Shown here piece after piece: positions 43,467 to 52,385 of a DNA stretch of 64,000 bases. The notes below the pieces were generated by a model, which had not been told where the DNA came from, did not search any database, and saw nothing but the letters and a program-made list of their open reading frames with translations. Position 1 is the first letter of the stretch. Every line of letters begins with the position of its first letter. The stretch is taken from contig CAWJAX010000003.1 of the NCBI GenBank assembly GCA_963841015.1, positions 192,001 to 256,000 on the forward strand. The letters are read 5' to 3'. A program made the translations under genes and the position numbers. Origin of the DNA: an uncultured Methanoregulaceae archaeon (lineage in GTDB: Archaea > Halobacteriota > Methanomicrobia > Methanomicrobiales > Methanospirillaceae).

Positions 43467-44660
43467 ATGAAAAAGGAACCAAGCATAAAGGAACATGATG
43501 ACGGGGTCCCGCATATCGGGAAAGCGAGGAAGGAACTGCTGCAGAAACTGGCACGCCAGGAGGGCACCCCCATTTTTGTGATTGACCATGAGAAAATTCG
43601 CTCGAATTACCGGGAATTTAAAAAGGTCCTGCCAAAAATCCAGGTGTATTACGCGGTAAAGGCAAATTCAAACCCGGAGATCGTCAGGACGCTCTACGAG
43701 ATGGGATCCAGCTTTGATGTTGCATCCATGCCTGAATTCATGATTGTCTATGAAAATATCAAAAAAATGCCAAAAAAAGAGCGGCAGGCCTGGATTTGGG
43801 ATAAGATCATCTACGCAAATACCATCAAACCGATAGAAACCCTTGAAGCCCTCGATCAATACAACCCGCTTGTCACGTTCGATAACAGCGAAGAACTCAA
43901 AAAACTCAAACAGCATGCCCCCCATGCCGGCCTGGTCCTGCGGATACGGGTTCCCAATACCGGTTCCATGGTAGAACTCTCTTCAAAGTTCGGGGCTCAC
44001 CCAGGAGAAGCAGTTGATCTGATTTCCAAAGCTTTTGACATGGGCCTTGTCGTCGAAGGACTAAGCTTCCATGTAGGCAGCCAGTGCACCAATTTTGAGA
44101 ATTATGTGCAGGCTTTACAGTTGTCTGCAGATATTATCAAAGAGACAGAAACGAGGACCGGCCGGAAGATCAGGATTCTTGATATCGGGGGTGGTTTTCC
44201 TGTCAAGTATCACCCGGAAGTTAAATCCGTCCGGACGCTTGCCAAAAAACTGGATGCAGAAATCAAGCGCTTGTTCCCTCCCGATATGGAAATTCTCGCA
44301 GAACCGGGAAGGTTCCTGGTGGCAAATGCATGTATGCTGGTTGCCAAAGTGGTCGGGAAGGCGTTCCGTGACGGCAAGCCCTGCTATTATATCAATGACG
44401 GGGTCTATCACACCTATTCGGGCCAGGTTTTTGACCACGTTACCTACCCTGTCATGTCTTTTCAGGATGGTGAAACCCAGATCTCAGCCGTGTTCGGACC
44501 CACCTGCGATGCCTTTGATACAATTACCCTCTCTGCAGACCTGCCGGATCTTGAAATCGGAGATTTGGTCTATTCAGAAAATATCGGGGCCTATTCCCAT
44601 GCCTCATCCACCTACTTTAACGGGTTCCCCCCGGCAAAAGTGGTACATATTAACCGGTAA
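43467..44660 (+). CDS. Fold-III PLP ornithine (lysine) decarboxylase
   Basis: YAVKAN, FDVAS, SKFG, SFHVGSQ, DIGGGF, EPGR, GPTCD, GAY. Confidence 0.92.
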   Translation: MKKEPSIKEHDDGVPHIGKARKELLQKLARQEGTPIFVIDHEKIRSNYREFKKVLPKIQVYYAVKANSNPEIVRTLYEMGSSFDVASMPEFMIVYENIKKMPKKERQAWIWDKIIYANTIKPIETLEALDQYNPLVTFDNSEELKKLKQHAPHAGLVLRIRVPNTGSMVELSSKFGAHPGEAVDLISKAFDMGLVVEGLSFHVGSQCTNFENYVQALQLSADIIKETETRTGRKIRILDIGGGFPVKYHPEVKSVRTLAKKLDAEIKRLFPPDMEILAEPGRFLVANACMLVAKVVGKAFRDGKPCYYINDGVYHTYSGQVFDHVTYPVMSFQDGETQISAVFGPTCDAFDTITLSADLPDLEIGDLVYSENIGAYSHASSTYFNGFPPAKVVHINR

Positions 44661-44846
44661 TTTTTTTTTGAAACAGGCAATACCAGTGTAGTACTGCGTC
44701 AATCCAGTTGCAGCATATCGCCGGGACCGCTCTTGTCTATAAAAAAAAGGCCTTGGGAATCGGTGAGGTAGAAGGCAATATTTTGGGTTCCTCAAATTCT
44801 ATCGGGTCAGGACTTTATGCCAAAGTCCATTTCGCTATTCGCAAAT

Positions 44847-46619
44847 CTATTGATACAGACTTTTATGACGGGATTTCAGCTCGTCAACATCCATCTTGAT
44901 TACCTCGCGATCGTACGTCACCAGGCCATTGACCTCAGTCTCCACATCCGTTGTCTGTGTATAGACCGCAGCAGAAAGGCCCCGGGCAACCAGTGGACGA
45001 AGTCTGTTCAGTAACTCCCCATAGGCTGCTGTCAGCTCCTGGCTGTTTTTGCAGCTGCGATAGCCCCAGTTCTTTTTTTCCTGCCAGATATGCCCTGCAA
45101 CAGGAAGACCAAGGCCGCCAAATTCACCCAGCACCCCGGCACGTTTTTCTTCCATGTCCGGCATTTCCGGGCCGGGATACACATGAATATCCTTTACGCC
45201 ACCAACACCTTTGTCCGTCCACCCGCTCGCGTTATTGACTAAGCGGGTCGGATCCGCATCTTCGGTCATTTTGACGATACGAGCCGTATCAAACTGTCCC
45301 CAGCCTTCATTGAAGGGAATCCACATGACGATACTGGGGTGATTATAGAACGCACGGATAATACTCTTCCATTCCTTCTCAAACTGAGCGGCGGATTTTT
45401 GGGTTCGCCGCCTGAATACAGGGTTATTGTCGCCACCGGGCATATCCTGCCAGACAAGGATGCCGAGCATATCACACCAGTAATAAAGCCGTGCGGGTTC
45501 CACTTTACCATGCTTTCGCAGCATATTCATGCCAATATTTTTGAGCAGAACCACATCCGATTTCAGTGCCTCATCACCAGGTGCAGTATAAAGACCATCC
45601 GGCCACCATCCCTGGTCCAGCAGGCCGTACTGAAACAGGAACTGGTTATTGAGCATGATTCGCAGGATGCCCCGGTCATCTTTGGCAAGACTGATTTTCC
45701 GCATTCCAAAATAACTGCCAACTTCATCAATGACAGTGTCTCCTTTTTTGATCTGCACCTTCAGGTCATAGAGAAAGGGAGAATCCGGTGACCACAGTTG
45801 TTGATCGATGATATCCAAGACGAGCTTGTTATCAGTAGAAGCGGCCGAAGCAGAAAAGCCTGAAGCCCTGGCATCGGCATGATATGACAGGCTTTCAGTT
45901 ACGCCATTCACGTCTATAACGACCGTCACCTTCGCTGTATCCACATCCGGAATAAACCTTATGGTATCAATATACGTCCGGGGAACCGGTTCCAGCCAGA
46001 TTGTCTGCCAGATGCCGGTCACCGCGGTATACCATATCCCGTGGGGATTATAACATTGTTTGCCAACCGGTTGCTTTCCTTTGTTCGTTGGATCCCAGAC
46101 ACTGACTACCAGCTCCTGAGGACCTGTCGTTTTCAGCGCATCGGTAATAGCAAAACTGAAGGGATCATAACCCCCCTGGTGATTGCCCAGCAGCGTTCCG
46201 TTGACAAAGACATCGCAATCCCAGTCGACTGCCCCGCAATGCAGGAGAATGGTTTTGCCGTTCCACGACGCCGGGATGGTAAATGTTCTGCGGTACCACA
46301 GTTTATTCTTCTCACCGACTTTCTTACCGACTCCGGAAAGCGCCGATTCCACCGCAAATGGAACCAGGATTTTACCCTGAAATTGTCCCGGTATGGGCTG
46401 AGTTTTATCCACAATGGCATAATCCCACAAACCATTCAGATTACACCAGTCGCTCCGGACCATCTGGGGGCGGGGATATTCCGGCAGAACCTTTTTTGGA
46501 TTGATGTGCCCGGCCCAACGGGTCATAATTCTTCCTTCAACAGGCCTGTATTCAGGAGTTACCTCTGCTGATAAACCGCATGAAACAGAAAGCATCGAAG
46601 TTACTACCCTTCTTACCAT
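44847..46619 (-). CDS. Glycoside hydrolase family 2 (beta-glycosidase)
   Basis: EYPRPQ, LNGLW, VPFAVESALSG, GIWQTIWLE, LDQGWWPDGLYTAP, FNEGWG (acid/base), GEFGG (nucleophile). Confidence 0.92.
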   Translation of the reverse strand: MVRRVVTSMLSVSCGLSAEVTPEYRPVEGRIMTRWAGHINPKKVLPEYPRPQMVRSDWCNLNGLWDYAIVDKTQPIPGQFQGKILVPFAVESALSGVGKKVGEKNKLWYRRTFTIPASWNGKTILLHCGAVDWDCDVFVNGTLLGNHQGGYDPFSFAITDALKTTGPQELVVSVWDPTNKGKQPVGKQCYNPHGIWYTAVTGIWQTIWLEPVPRTYIDTIRFIPDVDTAKVTVVIDVNGVTESLSYHADARASGFSASAASTDNKLVLDIIDQQLWSPDSPFLYDLKVQIKKGDTVIDEVGSYFGMRKISLAKDDRGILRIMLNNQFLFQYGLLDQGWWPDGLYTAPGDEALKSDVVLLKNIGMNMLRKHGKVEPARLYYWCDMLGILVWQDMPGGDNNPVFRRRTQKSAAQFEKEWKSIIRAFYNHPSIVMWIPFNEGWGQFDTARIVKMTEDADPTRLVNNASGWTDKGVGGVKDIHVYPGPEMPDMEEKRAGVLGEFGGLGLPVAGHIWQEKKNWGYRSCKNSQELTAAYGELLNRLRPLVARGLSAAVYTQTTDVETEVNGLVTYDREVIKMDVDELKSRHKSLYQ

Positions 46620-46690
46620 ACTTATTCATGTCTTGTTACATGAGGCTAACTTCCAATGTGGCCTTTATCTCAAAAATCATCCACAGAAAA

Positions 46691-46835
46691 CCATGCCGCC
46701 CCTACGCTGAGCGATGATGACGTAGCACCTGTTCAGGAGTTATCGCATCGGGGGAGCCACAGCAGCGGGGGTGAAACGCCTTTGAGCGTTTAGCTTGAAA
46801 TTGAGCATTTCCCATGAAAATTGAACTATTCAGTT
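46691..46835 (+). repeat. Dispersed ~145-bp intergenic repeat, copy 1
   Basis: Matches the reverse complement of 62092-62236 (TGAGCGATGATGACG, TTATCGCATCGGGGGA.CCACAGC, GCTTG.AATT.AGCATTT). Confidence 0.8.
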
Positions 46836-47084
46836 ATAATACGAGATTTTTTTTCATACTGCTCCATGTACGATGATCGCCGCCGCCCCCGAAAGGTCGC
46901 CCCCGCGGCGGATCAGTAACGAACAATTCAAAAAAATCCTGCCTGCCGTGCCTCGAAGAGGCCCCGAGGCGGGTTTCCATCGCATATATTACGATTTTCA
47001 TGGTTCGGGAGTAAACTCCCGTTCATGTCTGTTTCTCCAGAGCAATTTTTTTTTATTTTTTCAGAACCCCCCCGATCATCTTTT

Positions 47085-47480
47085 TTACGGGGCTGTATTC
47101 CGGCAGGCCGGACAATTCAGTGCATAGTCACGAATGCCCTCGTTCCATGGTGTAAACCCGATACAGACTTTCGGTTTTGTATCATGAATTTTGCAATAGA
47201 CTTTCCCATCATCCGCCCTCAAAAAGAACGGGCAGTGAGTTAATGCTCTGCCATCTGGATCTACCCAGTAGTCAATACGGGTGATATCGGACAGATCCCG
47301 TTGGGAAATATCCCTTCCATTACACCGTTTTTTGCCGGTCAGCGTTAGGGAAACGTGCTGCAGGATATCCTGCCGGTTTGCCTGTATCCACGGAATGATA
47401 TCTTCAAGAACACCCTTCTGGCCCCATCCCCACTTCTCACAGCATCGGCCGCATTGAGTGCAGGACTGTTCTGAAGACAC
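47085..47480 (-). CDS. YkgJ/CxxCxxCC family cysteine-cluster protein
   Basis: CTQCGRCC...CPFF...CKIHDTKPKVC. Confidence 0.85.
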   Translation of the reverse strand: MSSEQSCTQCGRCCEKWGWGQKGVLEDIIPWIQANRQDILQHVSLTLTGKKRCNGRDISQRDLSDITRIDYWVDPDGRALTHCPFFLRADDGKVYCKIHDTKPKVCIGFTPWNEGIRDYALNCPACRNTAP

Positions 47481-47786
47481 GCGTATGCTCCGGTTCCTCT
47501 GTTGGATGTACTCCTAGTTAGTCATTATTTTTTTACTCTGACAATGAGATCATGCCAAGGTTAAAAAAAATTGTTGAATAAAAACCGTTTAACCAACCTT
47601 ACGCAGGACAAACTAACGGTGCTCTCTTTCGGATTCAATACCTCTGAAATCCCGGTTTTTTATTCCTGGTTCTTTCGTATGGGACCTCCACGGGCGAATG
47701 AGAGGAAAAACCTCAGGTGTGCTATACCTTATGTGCTTGAATGGTCATTTACTATAGAGATTTACGATACATTCATGAGGTACCCA

Positions 47787-49412
47787 ATGAATCACATCTA
47801 TCTTTTTGGCCACCGGCAGCCGGATACGGACAGCATTGCAAGTGTCATAGGGTACGCGGATTTTAAAAACCGTTCCGAACCGGGCAGGTACATTCCGGCC
47901 CGCTGTGGTGAACTGAATCCGGAATCCCGTTTCATGCTCGGACGGTTCAACCTTCCCGAACCAGTGCTGATATCTTCCGTAAAACCCAGGCTCTCGGACA
48001 TCAGCTATAAACCGGTCTTTTCACTTCCACAGGATGTCCCTGCCGTTGATGTGGCAACCCTGATGGTAAAAGAAGGGATCCGGAACGTTGTCATCACCGA
48101 TAGTGCAGGAAAACCGGTCGGGATGGTTGGAGAACATGCCCTTTCCGGCTCATATATCCAGAAGATTCATCTTGCCGAGCTTGCAGTAACCCCGCTACCG
48201 GTTGAATCTCTTGCCCGGATACTGAATGCAACCATTATCGTGTCCGGTCGGAAGGTTCTTGAAGGGCGTGTATATATCGCAATCGATGCTCTTCACGTCA
48301 CGCTGGGCAAGATGACCGCAAAAGACATCGCTGTTGTCGGTGATAACGAACCAGCCCAGCTCGCGCTCATCTCTGCGGGAATTGCCTGCCTGATTATTGC
48401 AAACGGTGCCCCGGTCGGGAAACGCGTTGCCACAGCTGCTGAAGAACGTGGGGTATGTGTCCTTTCTACTCCACTCGATGCCTTTGGGGTTGGCAGGATG
48501 ATCAACCTCTCCCTGCCAGCCCGGGAAGTGATGGAGATCAATGTTCCGGTTCTCACGTTTACCGATACGATCACCCACGCCCGGCAGGTTGTCTCTGCTT
48601 CAAAATTCCGTGCAGCATGTATTGTCGCTCCTGATGGGACACTTGCCGGAATCCTGACACGGACAACCCTGCTTGAAGATGTGCGGAGATCGGTGATTCT
48701 CCTTGACCACAACGAAGCTTCCCAGGCAGTTGATGGGATTGAAGAAGCTGATATTGTCGAGATTATCGACCATCACCGGCTTGGAGCAATAACCACGTTA
48801 AAACCGATACGGTTCTTCAATGACCCTGTCGGTGCGACATCGACCATCATAGCCATGAAATTCATGGAATCCGGACTGACACCCTCACGGGGGGTTGCAG
48901 GCGCACTCCTCTCAGGCATCCTGTCAGATACCCTTTCCCTGCGCATGTCGACCACGACGCACCATGATAGAAAAGCCGTGAACTACTTATCCCCGATTGC
49001 CGGTGAAAATCCAGACCAGTTGGGTACCGCTCTTCTCGAACAGGGAATGGATCTTTCAGGAACCCCGTTGAGTGTAATCCTCGCCCGTGACACCAAGGAC
49101 TATATACTTTCTGCAAAAAAAGTAGTGATTTCTCAGGTAATGGTACCTTCATTTTCCTGGAACCAGGAGCGGGAGGAAGCAGTCCGTGCAGAGCTTACAC
49201 ACATGAGAATAGCTTCGGGTTCAGATATGGTGCTGGTACTCTTTACCAGTGTACGGGAAAAGTCAAGTGATCTTCATGGCATAGCCGATCCTGATCTCAT
49301 CCGGGATATCTTCGGAGAAGACCTGCCGGTCAGGCTTGAGGGAGTCATGTCACGGAAATTAGATTTCCTTCCCTGGCTCGGGGCCCGGCTCAAGGGGAAT
49401 CCCCGTTCCTGA
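47787..49412 (+). CDS. ppaC: Family II Mn-dependent pyrophosphatase with CBS-DRTGG-CBS insert
   Basis: GHRQPDTDS, LLDHNE, IIDHH, GILSDT; CBS and DRTGG-like region; start placed at MNHIY. Confidence 0.9.
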   Translation: MNHIYLFGHRQPDTDSIASVIGYADFKNRSEPGRYIPARCGELNPESRFMLGRFNLPEPVLISSVKPRLSDISYKPVFSLPQDVPAVDVATLMVKEGIRNVVITDSAGKPVGMVGEHALSGSYIQKIHLAELAVTPLPVESLARILNATIIVSGRKVLEGRVYIAIDALHVTLGKMTAKDIAVVGDNEPAQLALISAGIACLIIANGAPVGKRVATAAEERGVCVLSTPLDAFGVGRMINLSLPAREVMEINVPVLTFTDTITHARQVVSASKFRAACIVAPDGTLAGILTRTTLLEDVRRSVILLDHNEASQAVDGIEEADIVEIIDHHRLGAITTLKPIRFFNDPVGATSTIIAMKFMESGLTPSRGVAGALLSGILSDTLSLRMSTTTHHDRKAVNYLSPIAGENPDQLGTALLEQGMDLSGTPLSVILARDTKDYILSAKKVVISQVMVPSFSWNQEREEAVRAELTHMRIASGSDMVLVLFTSVREKSSDLHGIADPDLIRDIFGEDLPVRLEGVMSRKLDFLPWLGARLKGNPRS

Positions 49413-49433
49413 AAGTGACAACCCGAAGTGTGA

Positions 49434-50396
49434 TCAGGTATTTCGGGTAATCGCGGTTACTATGTTGTCTGTCTTTCGCTGAATTCTCCTCAGGTAAGAC
49501 ATCAATCGGGATTTACGATGAAAAAACAGAATTGAAAACGGGTGAGCAATATCGCGTTTTTTTATGAAAACAGCCCAAATACCGTTGAAAAAAAAACAGG
49601 GGTGATGCCCTTTCCGGCGTTCAGCAAAGGATATCTCACTGCTTTTTTTCCTGCCTTGATCCTCCTCATGAGACTCCTCCAAAGTGCAATCCCCCTCCGG
49701 GATGACGTCAATACGGATGTCATCTTTTGAATCTGATGGTGTATCAGATGATGTATGCCTTTTTCCGGTAAATGCAAACCTGCCGGGGTTCGTCCTGGAT
49801 CCATCACGGGAAGGAGCAACACCCTGGTCCGTTCTCTCCATTTCCCCCTCCCTCCGTTCAGTAAATATCAGGAACTGCAGGAAGGCTTCCGGTTCACGGA
49901 AAACGGATGCATCGATACCTTCAAACACGAGAGTCCGGACCACCGTCCCGAACCACCCGTCTTTTCTAACCATAATAGCGTCATTGCCGCCTTCGAATAG
50001 ATAGACACGCTCAACCTCGCCATGACGCCCCCATGCAGTTTCCGCAACACCGTTACGCTCGAAGGTAAATATCTTACCAACAGCCCCGTATTGTCCACCC
50101 TCCCTGACTGCAATCTGCTCACCACCGTTCTCATACCTGAATGTGCGGGGAGACTGCCCAAACGAAAAGGTCTCTTCAAGCATTCCATAGTGATCGAAGA
50201 CGAACCTCCTGAGTATTTTTTCACGGTGGAGGGGATCGCGTTCCGTCATCATATCCGATGAAGGATCAAAGATATAGATCCTTTGGCGGTTTTTCCTGGT
50301 ATCCAGGACCTGTACACCCTCCCGTCCATACTGGTAGAACCGGGTAACAGGTCCCTGCCGTGTTCCCGCATGTTCAGTGATGACCGCATCTGCCAT
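49434..50396 (-). CDS. Hypothetical beta-hairpin repeat protein; 3' end uncertain
   Basis: About 7 repeats ending R-x-[FY]-x-[FY]-x(2-3)-G, then a low-complexity charged tail. Confidence 0.7.
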   Translation of the reverse strand: MADAVITEHAGTRQGPVTRFYQYGREGVQVLDTRKNRQRIYIFDPSSDMMTERDPLHREKILRRFVFDHYGMLEETFSFGQSPRTFRYENGGEQIAVREGGQYGAVGKIFTFERNGVAETAWGRHGEVERVYLFEGGNDAIMVRKDGWFGTVVRTLVFEGIDASVFREPEAFLQFLIFTERREGEMERTDQGVAPSRDGSRTNPGRFAFTGKRHTSSDTPSDSKDDIRIDVIPEGDCTLEESHEEDQGRKKSSEISFAERRKGHHPCFFFNGIWAVFIKKRDIAHPFSILFFHRKSRLMSYLRRIQRKTDNIVTAITRNT

Positions 50397-50876
50397 TCGA
50401 ACAAATCCCCAGAAATCTCCTGGTTTTTAACGATTTTTCCTGAATCAAGAAATACTTTCTTCTCCACAGGCATCCTGAACAGCCCGAAACCGACGCCGGT
50501 AGCGCCAGGTAGTCGGGTGTAAACCCCCCTGTTTCTGCGAATGAGTTTCCTCCTCTTCCGGTTATACCATCCTCCCCAGGGTAAAAAAAACAGTTTCAAC
50601 CAATTGAACAGGTACCATCAGATCGTGTCTTCTCGTTTTATCTTCGAATTCCGGAATTACTGCGATGCGGGCAGGGAGTTAAATCACGCCAGAGGGATAA
50701 GGATTTTGTCTCCTTTGACCAGAACAGGGTACTGTTTTAAGGATTTTGGGGGTTGACGCAATGGTGCTGAATCGAAAAGGGAATAATCCAGAGAACTAAA
50801 CGAAAAAAGTTTGGGATACTACCTCATGCACGGTGGAGCAGAGGCTAGTCGTAGTGCTTAATAACTACGCTATACT

Positions 50877-51542
50877 TCAGGTCTTCACAACCCTGATATT
50901 CACGTTATATGCAGTCTCGTTGCCGGTCACCGGCTCCCATGAACGCTTGTACACAGCAGAGAATTTCTGGTCTCCGAGATCCTTTGCGATGATGACCCAG
51001 GTGCGGGTCCCACCCACGCCAACCATGCCTGAGGGTGCGTCGTTCTGATGGTAATCAGATGACTGGAGTTCAAGACCCGGTGACAGTGTTGCATTCCACA
51101 TGAAACCGGTAGTGGGATTTTCTGCCAGCACTACAGCGAACCGGGTGTTCTGGGTAATGTTTTCGGTTTTTCCGTTATCTGCTTCGGTTAACGTGAACAT
51201 TTTCTTTCCTTCAGCTGCTGGTGTCACGGTCATCGCAGGTTTGCAGCCCTCATTGCGGAAGAGCGCCCACTCTTCACAGGAAGTCCCGTTCTTAAAAGTG
51301 CACATGCCGTACTCATTGCCGGATATATCTTTTTTAATCTCAAGAGTACCCCCGGACTGGCCACAGGACACAGATGCCGGATTCGGCATTCCTATGACAG
51401 TCTGTGTAGTGGTTGGAGATTGCGTGATAGGAGGGGTTACTGCCTGCTGCGTGCAGCCACACACCAGCATTACCAGTACCAGCGTGATTCCCAGTCCGAT
51501 AAGCCCTGATTTGAATGTTCCATGACTCCTTGATGATGTCAT
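50877..51542 (-). CDS. Lipoprotein with DUF333 and chagasin (I42 inhibitor) domains
   Basis: MPNPASVSC...GG...GMC...CEEW; LAENPTTGFMW, GVGG, YKRSWE. Confidence 0.9.
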   Translation of the reverse strand: MTSSRSHGTFKSGLIGLGITLVLVMLVCGCTQQAVTPPITQSPTTTQTVIGMPNPASVSCGQSGGTLEIKKDISGNEYGMCTFKNGTSCEEWALFRNEGCKPAMTVTPAAEGKKMFTLTEADNGKTENITQNTRFAVVLAENPTTGFMWNATLSPGLELQSSDYHQNDAPSGMVGVGGTRTWVIIAKDLGDQKFSAVYKRSWEPVTGNETAYNVNIRVVKT

Positions 51543-51789
51543 AGTTACCCATTATGCTTCCGAATTCTCATAAAAATATCCTTTATTTCGAAAATTATCG
51601 CAGTTATGGTTCCTGGCAGATACCAGTAGCCGATTGCAGAGGGGTGAGGAAATGCACACGGGACCCTGAAACAAAATATGGTCGTGGGGAGATTATCCTG
51701 ATTCGTGTCGCTCCACGCGTATTGGGCTTTTATTATCACGCGTTTGCCGGGAAAAGTATGTATGAAAAGAAGAATAAAAGAAAATTACC

Positions 51790-51969
51790 ATGACGGAAAA
51801 AATGAAATGTGAGTACTGTGAAAAGGACGCTATCGGATACCAGGCATTCGGGTGCTGTTTTGCCTATGTATGTCCGGACCATGCCGATAATTTCGTTCTT
51901 GCCCTTAAGCCCGGGGAAAAACAAAGCTCTGGTGAATGTTACTTTGAACGGTTTATCGTTCCTGAATGA
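51790..51969 (+). CDS. 59-aa Cys/His metal-binding microprotein absent from the ORF track
   Basis: MTEKMKCEYCEKDAIGYQAFGCCFAYVCPDHADNFVLALKPGEKQSSGECYFERFIVPE*. Confidence 0.7.
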   Translation: MTEKMKCEYCEKDAIGYQAFGCCFAYVCPDHADNFVLALKPGEKQSSGECYFERFIVPE

Positions 51970-52385
51970 GATAATCCACACCAGAGAAATTCTCGGGAAT
52001 ATCCAAAAAAAGAAAATGATTTTTTTTTAATAATTCACAACAGACTGTGTGTTTTTGCGCCCAACCAGGGAGTCCGATCCATGGAAGCCGCCCATGGGGT
52101 ATTTATATGTTTGGACGAGAACCCACGGATCTAGCTCCATAAAGCTTCGATGTGCCCGTTAGAGGCATTTTGGAATGAGGACGACTTCCCCTTTTCGCTC
52201 ACCATCCTCTAAGAGGGGAGGGAGCGAGGTATGATAGCCTCCCTTATGGAAGGACGGGCTCCAGACCGGAACCCACGAACATCGCCCGGGGGATCCACTT
52301 GTAGCGAAGCGTCACTCCTATCATTTTTGCGATTTTTCACAGAGGACTGCGTTTTTTTAAAAAAAAATTTCCGTTGATGAAACCT

